Shown here: in pieces, positions 10,720 through 23,189 of the stretch | How positions within the stretch are numbered: position 1 is the stretch's first letter | Layout: every line of letters starts with the position of its first letter | Source: Lingula anatina | Taxonomy: Eukaryota; Animalia; Brachiopoda | Reading direction: 5' to 3' | DNA length: 64,000 nt | NCBI GenBank assembly: GCA_051362555.1 | Contig: CM120640.1 | Span: forward strand, 6,138,001 to 6,202,000 | Position numbers and translations under genes: made by a program | Notes under the pieces: generated by a model | The model's database searches: none | What the model saw: the letters and a program-made list of their open reading frames with translations, nothing else | Told to the model about the DNA's origin: nothing

Positions 10720-13699
10720 GTGTGTTTCACTGTGTTACGACAAGAACATTTTGAGCCGATTGCATTTTAAAAAGTAGAAAAAGCTGAAGTAGCCAATTAT
10801 CGAACATTATTAATTTTTTTAATTTGAACGATAAACTTGCTGGAAATAACTGTGTTTACAGTGCTGTAAGATGTAAGTTATCATTATTCTTTATTTTATT
10901 TATCAGGCGGAAGAAACGGGACCTGGCAGCTGAAGAAGATGACCTGGACGTTTTGGACAGGAGGTAAATATGACAAATCAAAAGTTCATGGCAAACGAAC
11001 ATTTTTTTGAAAGAGTAATTACCACAGACATGTAAAAGTGTAGCGCTCAATCTCAAAATTATAGTCAAATCCTGGTCCAAAAGCAGCGTCTTATCTTCCA
11101 GGAAGCGTCAGACATTAGTAGACGCCCGCGCCCATGTCAATGGAAGACGTGACTACGGTGTTGACGTGGACGTGAACAAAAGGTCTGGTAACCACCAGTA
11201 CAACGTAGGCGGCTCGTATCAGCGTAGTGGTGCGTACAGAGGAACTGAAGTACGAGGAGGCTACAGCTACACCAACAGTCGTGGCGTTCGTTTTGGCGTC
11301 GGAGGTTATCACCGCAGGGATAACTTTGGTGGCAGAGACACAGGAGTCAGGGCAGGAGTGAGCATTCCATTTGGGTGAGTCTCTGTCATCAAACTTCCAT
11401 TACTGTATCTTAATCATCCCACATGTAGGCCTAGACTCCGATATAGTACATGAAGGACGGTATTTTGAGGCGAATCATGAAGTAGAAGTTAGTATCTCAA
11501 GGCACCTGTTTCATTATTTCACATAATATGAATTATGGTATGCAAAGTGAGTTCACATGAGCTTCGTGTTTCCAAATGCAGGTTGAGAGAGCATTTCTAG
11601 GAGTATAGCTGTCACTATGGCTGTGTGTCAGTGTGCGTGTATCAAACTGTGACGATATAAGCATTTTATACAGTGCATTTGACAAGAAAGAAAATCTTTT
11701 TAAAACATTGATAAAAGTGTTTTTAAACTAGAACCTTGTTTGAAGTACAGTTTACTGTTATGATTTGATGTCAGTTATAAGTATATTCTTTTCGGTTTAA
11801 ACAGACGGAAGAAGCGAGATTTGGAAGCTGATGAAGAGGATCTGAATGTCTTGGAAAGAAGGTAGACGTAATATGAAGTTTGATGATAAGAAGCCCATGT
11901 CCAAATAGGAATTTGTTAAAGCTGCAACCATTCATTTATTAAAAATTATATTTTATAGAAGAAACAAACGTTAATATGATTTTGTTGAATGACCTCCATG
12001 TAGTTTTTAAACGAAATCACCCTTATTAAACAAAAAAAAATTTGTTTCAAACAATTGGCTTATGATAAACATAATTTTGAAAAACTGCAGTAAACAGGAG
12101 CGTTTTTCGGCGTTTTTCATGGTTATCCAAAGGCACGGTTGACCTTATACATTATCATCTTTTTATCTAGTAAACGACAGACCAGTGTGACAAGCGAAGG
12201 TGTAAGTGTATCTCACTCTGGCAGCTCTGGGCCGTATGATTACAGCGTCGGCGGACATGTCAACTTTGAACCCAAAAGCGTTGGTGTGCACGGTTCACTC
12301 ACACGCAATCTCGACAATGGTGGCTACGTCGGTGCTAGCGGGTACAGAAATGTAGGACAGGGTGAAAGCAGTGGCGTTGGCGTCCACGGAGGGTACACCT
12401 CCCCGTCTGGTTTCAGAGTGGGTGGGGAGTTGAGACGAGACTCTAATCCTTACGGAAGTTCCACCTCAGGGAGTGCAGAATTTGGATACGAAAGTAAAGG
12501 AGGTACCAGAGTGTCCGCTTACGGACAGAGGGACTTTCAAACTGGACACACCTCCGCCGGGCTTCGTGTCCGTATACCGTTTGGGTAAGACAGCAGTTCC
12601 AAGATTTTACTTGTCGCTATAATTGTGTACCCGAGTGTCTGTGTGTGTGTGTTTCACAGTGTTACGACAAGAAAATTTTGAGCCGATTGCATTTGAAAAA
12701 GTATAAAAAATGCTCTAGTAGCCAATTATTATGTAGGCCCTATGATTATATTTTTTAAAAAATTTGAACGAATTTTTGCTTGAACTTACAGCTGTGATTA
12801 CAGTGTTGTAAAATGTAAGTTATCAATATATTAATTTTTTGGATTTATCAGGCGGAAGAAACGGGATCTGGCAGCTGAAGAAGAGGATCTGGAAGTTTTG
12901 GACAGGAGGTAAATATGCAAAATCCAAATTTCATTGCCAACAGACATTTTTTTTGAAGTTGTCATTGTATATTTGTAATTATTCATTCCTCTCTTTGTTT
13001 TTGTTCAGTGACCTAGTTATTAAAACGATAAAGCTCCGGAGACACAAAAACAATTTTGTTTCAAATAAATAAACCATATTCAGAAGAAATTATAAACAAC
13101 GAGTTAACAGCCACCATTTTTTAAATATGTTTTAACGAAATATAAAGATCACGAGTCAAACCACTTCCATGTAGCACTCTTGATCTCAATCACAAAACTA
13201 TTGTCAAATCCTGGTCCAAAACCAACCTCATCTTCCAGGAAGCGTCAGACATCAGTAGACGCCCGCGTCCGTGGCACTGGAAGACGTGACTACGGTGTTG
13301 ACGTGGACGTGAACAGAAGGTCTGGTAACCACCGGTACAGCGTAGGCGGCTCGTATCAACGTAGTGGTCCGTACAGAGGAACTGAGGTACGAGGAGGCTA
13401 CAGCTACACCAACAGACGTGGCGTTCGTTTTGGCGTCGGAGGTTATCACCGCAGGGATAACTTTGGTGGCAGAGACACAGGAGTCAGGGCAGGAGTGAGC
13501 ATTCCATTTGGGTGAGTCTCTGTCATCAATTTGTATGTAACATTATCGTATGAAACTGCCTAATAATATAAACGTAGAGCAAAGTTAATTGGAAATCGAA
13601 ACAGATCTTGTTTATTTTTTCAAATTTGATTTAAGAGATCGATTACTTTATGTTCCATACATATCTTATTGATATGATTTTCATTTCAGAAAACGGTAA
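7594..13699 (+). CDS. Secreted Gly/Arg-rich polyprotein precursor (807 aa) with six convertase-released, probably amidated peptides; attacin-like antimicrobial candidate
   Basis: Exons 7594-7641, 7874-7908, 8056-8469, 8737-8793, 8932-9204, 9875-9931, 10240-10638, 10907-10963, 11102-11374, 11805-11861, 12171-12584, 12852-12908, 13239-13511, 13690-13699. All have AG/GT sites and total 2424 nt in one frame. Signal peptide MTGFWCIVVFGVIFSQGAFG; ends IPF-GKR*. AATAAA at about 14104. Gene model is strong; function is inferred. Confidence 0.88.
8040..13530 (+). repeat. Three tandem units of about 2 kb (peptide A exon, spacer exon, peptide B exon, spacer exon; last unit lacks the final spacer)
   Basis: Near-identical exons and alignable introns starting at about 8050, 10230 and 12160. 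Confidence 0.95.
9447..9662. mobile_element. MITE of the GATCGATC-containing family, in intron 5 of the polyprotein gene
   Basis: Imperfect TIRs (GGACCCCATTTCCAGAG / CTCTGGGAATAAAGCC). The paralogous intron at about 11593 has the empty site TTTCTAGGAGTA. Related copies at about 19050-19272, 32490-32730, 33923-34157 and a remnant at about 56850-56970. Confidence 0.9.
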
Positions 13700-14703
13700 T
13701 GTACTGATTTGGATAAACGACATTGCTGAGAACAAAAAGTGAACTCTGACAGAGCATTCCTGTTTCGTTAATTCAGGGACATATCTGAATCGAAATATCA
13801 AATCCCATTGGACATTTATTCCTTTTCCTTCATTGTTATCAATCTTCCCTATTTAAAACACGGTGTGATGTATCACTTAAATTGTTTGAATGCACATATA
13901 ACTGGTCATTAGCCTTCTTCACGGAGAAAATATGACACTATTATTTCATTATTTCGATAAGTTTGGATCTCAAATTTTTTGCTAGAATGATAAAAGAAAT
14001 ATGTTTGAAACCCGTAAAGAACAGCTGAATCAGGGTAAAAATAACACTGTTTAGTCACTTACTCTGTAATTTGTTACTCTTGTTGTCCGTTGTTTAACTA
14101 AAAAATAAATAAAAATGTGCATCAGAGAAAGAGAAATGTATATTATTTCATTATTTTGAAATTTGGGCTTTCTTACATACTCACTGTCACAAATCTTATG
14201 ACATGCAGTTTACAGCAATAATGATGAATGTTTAAACCATATTTAATACTACTAAGATAAAACAAAGAAATATGAATAATACTGGTAGATATAATGAATA
14301 TCATTTTAAAATGATCTGTATAATATATTTTAAGGCAAATTTTAAATAATTGGCAGTTTAAAGTGAAACGACAGTAAGACATTCTTCTTGAAATGATGGC
14401 AGCAATGAAATATTTGACTGGCAAGACATTGCTTGTGGAGTTTTAAAAATTCATGTGTTTTACTGGTCCTGTTAATGAGGAATACCTAGGACCAAATAAA
14501 TTTTAGACCCCAACTTAATCGTAGGCTTAAGACAAAGTTATACTTGATTTGTTTGTTTGTTATTTTCCAGTAACTTGTAACAGTTTTGTGCGCTCTGAAG
14601 CTATCGAGCAGTTCAATTTCCAGGTGGAGCCACAACTGATATTATCGGTTGATTAATCTTAAAACCACACTTAAAACAATCAACACTAGTCTATAGTCTA
14701 TAA

Positions 14704-14947
14704 AGGGCCATTCAGAACAGAAGATCCGAGTATCGACTGATCTAAGAATCAAATATGGTGGACCCTACATGAAGATAGACCGCTCAATCTTGTAATGGTC
14801 TCTCCGCCCCTCACACGTCTCCCCACGCGTCCGGAGCCGAGATTTAATTACTGTGCCCCTTCAGGGACGGTCTTCCTTTCATGTAGGGTCCGCCTTATTT
14901 GATCCTTGGACTAGTCGATACTCGGATCTTCTATTCTGAAAGGTCCC
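14704..14947. mobile_element. Palindromic (fold-back) MITE
   Basis: About 80-nt arms: GGGCCATTCAGAACAGAAGATCCGAGTATCGACT... and ...AGTCGATACTCGGATCTTCTATTCTGAAAGGTCCC. Confidence 0.85.
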
Positions 14948-15694
14948 TAAGGCACAGCAGGCTGCCATCCTGTGAAAAGCAGTTATGAAAATTTCTGTTT
15001 GATCGGAATATTAGAAAATCCATCACATATGGAAGACAAGACGAATGACGGTCATGTACAAACTTCATAAACCCAGACAGCCTTGCGTGTTGTTTCAGCT
15101 GATTATGCATTATCAAGAAAGAAACTATGTGACTTTTTAAATTTTTTATTAGATTAGCATTATAGGCCTACTGATGTCGCTAAACTTATACAGAAAAACA
15201 GATCTGCTTTTCTTTCTTCCCAAGGAATATTTTTAATATTTGCTAATATTCGAAAATTTCGAAACTGTTGATCCTGTAAAACCTAGGAGCACAGTTCATA
15301 AATGCTGTAACCCAACAGCACAAACTTCTAGGCCTACTTTTCCGTTCTAACACAATCGGAAGCTGTTATGGTCTAATATGTTTTAATACACCGATTCTAC
15401 ACATTAAAATGAACAGTTGTCTAAGCACAATTCACAAAAGAATATATTAGACTATATGCAGATATGTTAACATTCGACGTTGCGCATATTTTATAAACCG
15501 TGATATGCTGGCACCGTGATGTACGATGTACCAACATCAGAGTTATTGAAATACATCATGAATAAGGAAATAAATTCTATTGACGCCAGCATTTCGGTAT
15601 TGTAGTCTTGTTTAAAGACAACTGTTCAATTGAAATACTCAGCTTTTCACCGAGAAATATATCATACAGTCACTAGACGTCTACGAGAACAGCT

Positions 15695-18047
15695 ATGCCG
15701 CTTTGCCGAGTAGAAACCAATGTATCGGGAGATCAGATACCGGCTGACTTCCATGTTAAGCTTACCCAAATACTCTCAAAGGTGCTGGATAAACGAGAAA
15801 AAGTAAGTATTAACAAAACAATTGATAAACTCAGGTTTCATTCTGATGCCTTAAAGCATACATCCCTCGTGAAAAAATATACTTGAGGTTGACAACAGAA
15901 TGTAGGCTTATTTTTGTAAGTATTAATAACGTGCGAATATCATCCCAAAGGGCTGTTATTTTTAAAACTTTCGTTACCAAAATAGGCTAGGTTACTAAAT
16001 ACACAAATATTCCACATCCTATAGTAAGGCATGAATTTAAAAAAAAATTCCAGTGATTTATACTAAAAACCAGATTTATTACTTTTACTTTACCAGAGAA
16101 TTAGAAAAAGTAGAATTCGTGAATATTTTCCGTGAATATTTTTCACTTTTTTGCTTTCTTCATATTGAGAATGAGAGATAATATCCATGGACTTTAAGCC
16201 AATGGCATCGCCTAAATAAGTGAAGGAGATATCTCGGATCTCGTGTGTAAAGTAAACAACTGGGTACCCTATATTTCAGGGTATAGGCTGATATGGCATT
16301 TAATATAACCAGGTTTTATATACTTAGGTTTTAAAGATTGAACGCACAGAAACGGTAGTTTTGGTCTTATCCGTCAACCAAATGATAAAATTTGTCGTAT
16401 GAACTGAAATAGGCTATTTTAGAATATTGAAAAGCAATTATTTACACTAATGTCAATCACATGTACTTTCTCAACTATAAACATTACATGTCCTGCAAGT
16501 TTCAACCTTGAAAATATGGACTGCTGCTCGTATAATATACGTAAAATATACTGACCTAAATTTCCAACGCAACACATACAATTTTGAAATATTTGGTGTA
16601 CATAATATGGGAAATTGGTTTTGAGTCATAATACATCAACTACATCTTAAAAACTCAGAAAGTTGTTTTGATTTTATCGTTTGGGCAGCTCGTTTTGCTT
16701 GATGGGGAGATAATATAACATCTCCCCAACTATATAAATGCCATAATATAAAATTAATAAAGTATGTTAATAAGTGTAACCAAATTAATTAAGAAAATTA
16801 TAAGTAATAACAACAGCTTTAGGAGCAAAAAGTTGGCATAAATAAAATTAAAAGGTCATAAGATGTGAGAGAAGCTCACATCCCCGCCAACCGAGATTGA
16901 CTCCATGCATCGCAGAATCCAGGCTGTGTGTGACGCCAGAGGAAGCCATACTAGGTACTGACTTCGGTGATCCAGAATTGCGCCTTCAGCTGATGCAATG
17001 AACATAAAACCAGGAAAAATCTGTTCTTCATTCCTGACTCTGAAACTGTGTTTTTGATTTGAATCTTTGTTATGTATTGTTAAATTAAACGTAAGATAAT
17101 GATGTGTTGCAATTAACCCAAGCGTTGCGTTGGAAGTTTTGGTCAGTATAACCTCATTAAAGAATAGCTAATGTATAAATGTGCTAAAGCCAGTAAAAGT
17201 TAGCGTTTCGTCAAAGCCGAAAAACGTCTAAAAATCCGATTTGAATTGCGTTCCTTCGTATAAAAAGTCCTAAAAAAACGACAACCACTTTTATTAGTTA
17301 ATGGTCCAATCGAGAATAAGTACATTAGTGACAACATTGCTGTTGCGGCAAAATATAACCTCACTTCTTTTTTTATCATTCCTTTAATTCTTAGTTCTAT
17401 TTTTTAAAATGAACTTTTTTTTAAAATGTGGCCTAACGCAACAATTTACAAGGCGTGTGAGAATAATCCCTTTCCTCTAGTAAGATAAAACGTCCCCTAA
17501 ATCCCATGTATATTTTCAAAGTGTTAAAATATGACAACTAATACAATTAGTCATGTCCAATGGTCCACTCGAGAATAAAAACATGAGAGACGGCTTTGAT
17601 GTTCTGGCAAAATATAGCCTCACTGATTTGTATAGCATTCTTTTTTTCTTTTTTCTACTAAAATTCTTATTGTAGGATATTATAATCATAATGCGGCCCA
17701 ACGCGACAATGTACAAGGACTGTAAAAATGTCCCCATTGCTATAATCAGCATTAAGGCGGCGGGAAGGTTTAATCAAGCTAACAATTCCAAGTACAACAC
17801 AGCAATTGCCAACATTGTGCTCTCTAAGCTCGGAGTTGAGGCTGACAAGTAAGTGCACTGCACCGAGAATCGGTGATCTAATTTACTCAAACGAAACGAG
17901 AGATAAAAATTTTAAGATTATTATCACTGCTAATTCTACTATCAATTTGGGTTATCTTAATTCACTTTCCAAGTAAGACTTCTCATACAAAGCACTTGTT
18001 ATATGGATACGTGCCTCATGTGTCTTCGTTTAGCAATGTCAGCAAAA

Positions 18048-18078
<31 letters not shown>

Positions 18079-18328
18079 AAGTAAATAATAAAAAAGAAAA
18101 AATGATTAAAGAAAAATAAAGAAAAAATTAAAACTTTAACTTAAGCGAAACATTAATTTTCAGCAATTTGGAGATGATTTTTTTTCAAATCATAAATAAT
18201 TATATGCAACGTTAACATCTTTATCTGCATTGGAATATGCTTTTTCTTTCAGTTTGAGAATTTTCTATGAAGACATGTCCTTGGATTTCATTGGCAATGG
18301 GAACAGGTTGCTGTCTGCGAGTATCTAA
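15695..18328 (+). CDS. MIF/D-dopachrome tautomerase family protein, copy 1 (118 aa)
   Basis: Exons 15695-15802, 17676-17848, 18253-18328 (108/173/76 nt). Starts MPLCRVETNV with the catalytic Pro1 position and Lys32; C-terminus RIFYEDMSLDFIG. Three-exon layout like vertebrate MIF. Confidence 0.9.
16549..17148 (+). mobile_element. Internally deleted Tc1/mariner element in intron 1 of MIF copy 1
   Basis: TA target duplication, TIRs TACTGACCTAAATTTCCAACGCAAC / GTTGCGTTGGAAGTTTTGGTCAGTA, and transposase C-terminus IDSMHRRIQAVCDARGSHTRY* at about 16896-16961. Confidence 0.88.
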
Positions 18329-18901
18329 GCAGAGTTTTTGTCCTCTCTATATTACTGGATAGTGACTCCCTCTGCAATATACACTGCAACACTCCAATAA
18401 AATTTAATCGATAAAACAGAGAAAATAAAACGTTTACAATGTAAATCATTAAAGAGATTTAATCTAAATTTTCATTACGTGTTCAACTATGAAGAATTCA
18501 TTTCATTTCCATATTTAAATAATGTTATATTTCAAAAGGATTAAAGGACATTATCCATTGAGGTCTAGCCGTCGATGGAAAATCGTATCGATAAATCGAT
18601 TGTCAAACTCTTACAGTAATTGCATAGGTTTGTCTTTTCGAGAGATGAATACTCATACTCATCATACTGAATTGTTGCAATAAAACTATTCTTATACTGA
18701 ATTGATGAAATAAAACTGAAATAAATCATAATAATCATACTAAATTGATGAAATGAAACAATCCTCAAACTTATACTAAATTACTGAAGTAAAATTATCC
18801 TCATACTCATACTGAATTGCTGAAATAAAACTATCCTCATACTGACACTGAACTGTTGCAATAAAAGCTATCCTCTCAGAACATTCCTAATAATCCTACA
18901 G

Positions 18902-19039
18902 GGCCCCGTAACTCGAAAGCATCGCGTATTGCGAATAGCGATATCACATAGGGGCTACAATGGGGCGAGTATGGGCGAGTTATGGCATCGAGACGCTTGC
19001 GCTCGATCGCAATGCGCGATGCTTTCGAGTTAATGGCCC
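18902..19039. mobile_element. Short palindromic MITE, Harbinger-like (CAG target duplication)
   Basis: TIRs GGCCCCGTAACTCGAAAGCATCGCG / CGCGATGCTTTCGAGTTAATGGCCC flanked by CAG. A related end occurs at about 19745-19775. Confidence 0.7.
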
Positions 19040-19049
19040 CAGGACTCTA

Positions 19050-19272
19050 TGACTGCATTCCCAGATATTTAGATCGATCCATCCGGATCAACCTACATGT
19101 AACTCCCTGGGGGTTCACGCTAAATTGCTGTCAGCCGAGCGCGCACAGTAGTTAATTAGCCCCTTACAGCTTTTACTAGGCGGGACAGACATTTAAGCCT
19201 GCTAAGCTGACAATAATCTAGTGAGACTCCCCACATGGATAGATCGATCTAAAATCTGTGGCAATGGGGTCT
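19050..19272. mobile_element. GATCGATC-family MITE
   Basis: Clearly alignable with 9447-9662 along its whole length. Confidence 0.85.
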
Positions 19273-19779
19273 AAATCTCGAAAGCTTCGCAAATTACGAC
19301 CTCTTTTTCTGCTTTTTCATTTTTTGAAAAAATGAAACTTTTTAACTAATGCTTATTATCAATAGACAACACAGATGAATATTTACAAGAAAATGTAAAA
19401 TAATGTATCAAATGTTTTGAAATTTTTATACATTATGAAACATGACTTTAGCATTATTCACGTGGAAATTTACCGCAAGTTTTTCTATCAAAGGTAACGA
19501 GTGACTCAGTCTTTCATAAGCTTCCATGCTTTGTTATATGCTATTATCAGTAGTAACCCAAACTTGCTGCCAATGCATGAAAGACGCTATAAAATGACGA
19601 ATCATGCACGGGCAAAGGCCATTGCAACGGGATTTACTCGTCGAAAATAATAACCTTAAATCTAAAGATGATATCGCTGTTAGCGCTCGGTCGCCACTTG
19701 AGTTATGGGATAGCGACAAATCGCCATGCTTGTGCTCGGTCAAAATTCGCGATGCTTTCAAAGTTACTGAGCCCTGCAC

Positions 19780-20595
19780 GCTTGAGCTCTGCTCGAAAGC
19801 CCTGAAGGAAGAAAGATGATGAAAAATATTTTCAGAAAAACTCCAGAAAAGTTTTAATGAAAGGGTTCAGTAAAACTCCAGAAAATAAAGTTTTTTAAAA
19901 TGAAAATTAAAATGAAATGGTTCTTGTAGAGTTCTTCAGTCAAAATGTCAAAATTTTTCTTTTTGTTAGTCGCTTCATACAATTTTACGGCTTCAGTTCG
20001 CAAACTCCCGCATAGGCATTTCTCTTCTTTTATCCCCGCCCTCTGCTCATCAACTTTCTTTTCCAGCTCAGCGTTTTTCAGCGCGAGATTGGTATTCTCT
20101 TTCATTGCTTCTCGAAGTCGTTGTGATAGCGCTGTAATTTGAAAGCTCGATTCTTTATCTTCCTTTTTGTAGGAACGGTTTTCAGTTTGACGACGTATTT
20201 GAATATTGAGGTAAATGTTCGTCGCTTTGTTGACTTCTGCTTCAGCTGCAGCAAGCTCTCTCTGGGTTCTCATGTAAGTTATCTTGAGATCTGAAAAATA
20301 AAGTTTCTTTTTTTCCGCGAAATTTCAAGCAGATTTCAGTCAACGAGTACTTTCCATCCCCAGTCACATCGGTATACCCATAAACTGAAGATGTTCAGCG
20401 GGGCTGCAACCGCGTTTGCATCTTTTCTCTTTCTCTTCATTCCTTTGAAAACTTTTTTCTTCATTAGAGCATTCTGCAATTGAATTTTTTCCAGCTTCTC
20501 TCTTTAAATGCTGCAGGTCTTCTCTTTCTTCGACGACTAGGCTTTCTTGACAACAAGATCATGCAGAGCAGCACGATGGTAATGGTAGAACAGTC
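19780..20595 (-). pseudogene. Decayed paralog of the coiled-coil membrane gene at 24898-25965
   Basis: MRTQRELAAAEAEVNKAT...AELEKKVDEQRA is almost identical to the intact copy, but there are frameshifts and deletions of the first TM segment, the N-terminus and the proximal promoter. Confidence 0.88.
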
Positions 20596-20954
20596 CTTCT
20601 CTCCGCAAGAATACACATCCAACTCTAATAAGAGCTTACTTATCATGCAGATTTAAAAAAGAAAATGAGTGAATTATTTTTCTGGTCATAAAAAAGAATT
20701 TTTTTATTTTAGTAGGAAGCATCGTCTTCACTTGTAGATCCATGTAGCCAGCCGTATAGTCTGTATATTGTATATCATGTAAATAGTGAGTGTCTTTGAC
20801 CTGCCTGGGGAGTACCATTCCCGACCTTGGCCTTGACTGGTAGACGGCTGATCCTATTGTGTCAACAGAAGTGCTTCTCTGTTGCTACGGTTGCTCGACA
20901 GTAGAATATTAAAAGCCTACAGTCATTCGTTCCCCAAGTTCCAGCAGCTTCACG

Positions 20955-21909
20955 ATGCCACTGTGTAGATTAGAAACCAATCTGTCCAAGGAACAGATTC
21001 CAGAGGACTTCCCCATTAAACTGACAGAAAAGCTTGCCGAGGCAATGAACAGGCCGCAAGATGTAAGGATGATGCCACTGAGGGTGAAAATAATCTATTA
21101 AATACTGTTCAGGATCTAATCTGACTCGAGATGGGAGCGAGGGTTGTCCTTTCAAGTTTTTACGGTTGCAGATTCCTGGGGAGGAGGGGGTAGGGTGTTA
21201 TTGCTTGTACCCTGGATGCCCTAGCTTTTACTAGTAATGGGGTCAGTGCATTCTCCCGTGTTTATTTTGAATTTCTTTACATCCATTTTTTATTTGAGTG
21301 ACGATGCGAGAATTTTGCCATTTTCGGGTACCATGTCCCAGCATTTACTTTGAGGTTTTTAAACGAACAAGTGTTGCTTTGTATAACACATTTATACTAG
21401 TTCAGTAGCTCAATGGTGACATTTTTTTCCAGCAATTTTTTGTTGTAATGCAGCCTAATATGACAATTTACCACGACTTCAAGCAACTCCCTTCTGTCAT
21501 ACTAACCATCAAAGCTGCGGAAAGGTTCAACCCAGATAACAATAAAAAGTACTTTCCCGAAATTGTCAAGTTGTTTCTCTCTCAACTCAAGGTTGAGCCA
21601 GAAAAGTAAGTACATGACAAATACATGTAACAGAATAACGAAACAGACAGAAGCACATTACAAATATAAGTCGCACAAATATTAAAAACGCCAATACAAC
21701 ACACTGTTATAGACAAGAGGGTCGACACACTTCTAAATGTGAATTTATTGTAAAAGATAATTTTACTACATCCGGATATTTTTATATAAAAGAAAACGGC
21801 AGGTGCTTCAATAGGATTCGTTTCCAATTTCAGACTCGTGATCCTGTTTGAAGACGTCTCCCCAGACTTTGTGGGCACTGGGGAAGGACTGATGTCCCAA
21901 ACCATGTAA
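20955..21909 (+). CDS. MIF family protein, copy 2 (118 aa)
   Basis: Exons 20955-21062, 21433-21605, 21834-21909 in frame: MPLCRLETNLSKEQIPEDF...ILFEDVSPDFVGTGEGLMSQTM*. Confidence 0.92.
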
Positions 21910-22521
21910 CTTGTAAATACACCGGTCTTTAGTGATAAAAAGAGACACTTATTTTAACAAACATCAAAATCATATGTGGAATTTCTATAAATTTGTCTTT
22001 TGGACTACTGATGGCATCCTAGATGGTTGTTTTTTATGCTTGCAATTGAAAATGAAAATATTGATTTTGTTGGCAATGAACTGTTCAAGCAGTTGACATA
22101 AACCATACAAGCAAGTTAAAAGAAGGCACTGGGTGAAGTAAATGCAAGTGTTTCTTGTCACTTTTTGGTATTCTGGGCTTGAGATAATTACAGAATGTTG
22201 TGTCATCCCCACATTTTCCTACAGTATATCATGACATAATTTCTAAGCAGTTATTTCTGATCGGTGACCATATTTGGTATTTATCCTGTTAGTCCAGCAG
22301 GCCTGCTTTATGCTTATTTACTTCGTTTATGTATGTAAGCAGTGTTTTAATATCGACCAGCAAACATTTTTATGCTTTTCAATGCTGAGTTGTGCCTACA
22401 GACTGTAATGTTACAACAATGACTGGTAAAATTGTATGTGCATAGCGATGTCAAAATACCTGCCTGAAATATGCTTATAATTGCACTACACTATACATTT
22501 CTACATGCATGTATTTTATGA

Positions 22522-22522
<1 letters not shown>

Positions 22523-22562
<40 letters not shown>
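22523..22562. repeat. (TG)n microsatellite
   Basis: Direct observation. Similar tracts at about 8521-8552, 10686-10724 and 58125-58160. Confidence 0.95.
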
Positions 22563-22569
<7 letters not shown>

Positions 22570-23189
22570 ATTTCAGTTAAGTGTGTTTTTATGTTTTTCT
22601 CTTTTTTTTTTTTTTGCGATTTTTGGTATTGTGTACTTATTTCCAAGTCTAATTGTTTTTCATCTATCAAGATTAATTCCTATGCACAAAAACCATTTAA
22701 GTTTAAATTTTGTAAAAAGCAACATTTATTTTTACGTATACCAAATACATCTGTGCATGGAATTTAATAAATTAAAATGGACTAAAATCTGTGATGCTTA
22801 ATTTTGTAAAATATACAAGAATATAATCAATGAATAAAATCATTACCAAATTACGTTACACAAAGATTGATGTATATGTCACTATGTAATTAAGAGAATA
22901 AGAGTTCAATATATAGGAGTCCCTCCCTTCACCGTGGTTAACTGGTGTTAAATTAAGTTTTTACTATTGCCAAGAAAATAACTTTCCCGACCTCTGATAA
23001 AAAATTTAAATGTTTGGTTAAAAAAGAATTTGAATATCCGCCTTATGTGGTTTTCAATATCACTTTGCAATTGGCCACCGACTGTCATGAACCACATGAA
23101 AACGTAGTTAATATTTTTGAAAAAGTAAATACAAGGAGCTAAATGTCTGCCATTTGAATTAATTCTATTTTGTTCACATTCGACGCGTG

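Noticed and set aside
8063-13511. Bacterial contamination or a recently transferred outer-membrane protein gene
   Set aside because: Spliceosomal introns, eukaryotic processing signals and host MITEs are present; only a distant analogy remains.
7943-13515. Six separate small Gly-rich genes, as the ORF track suggests
   Set aside because: They lack proper starts and signal peptides. Their stops are inside splice donors and the exons join into one frame.
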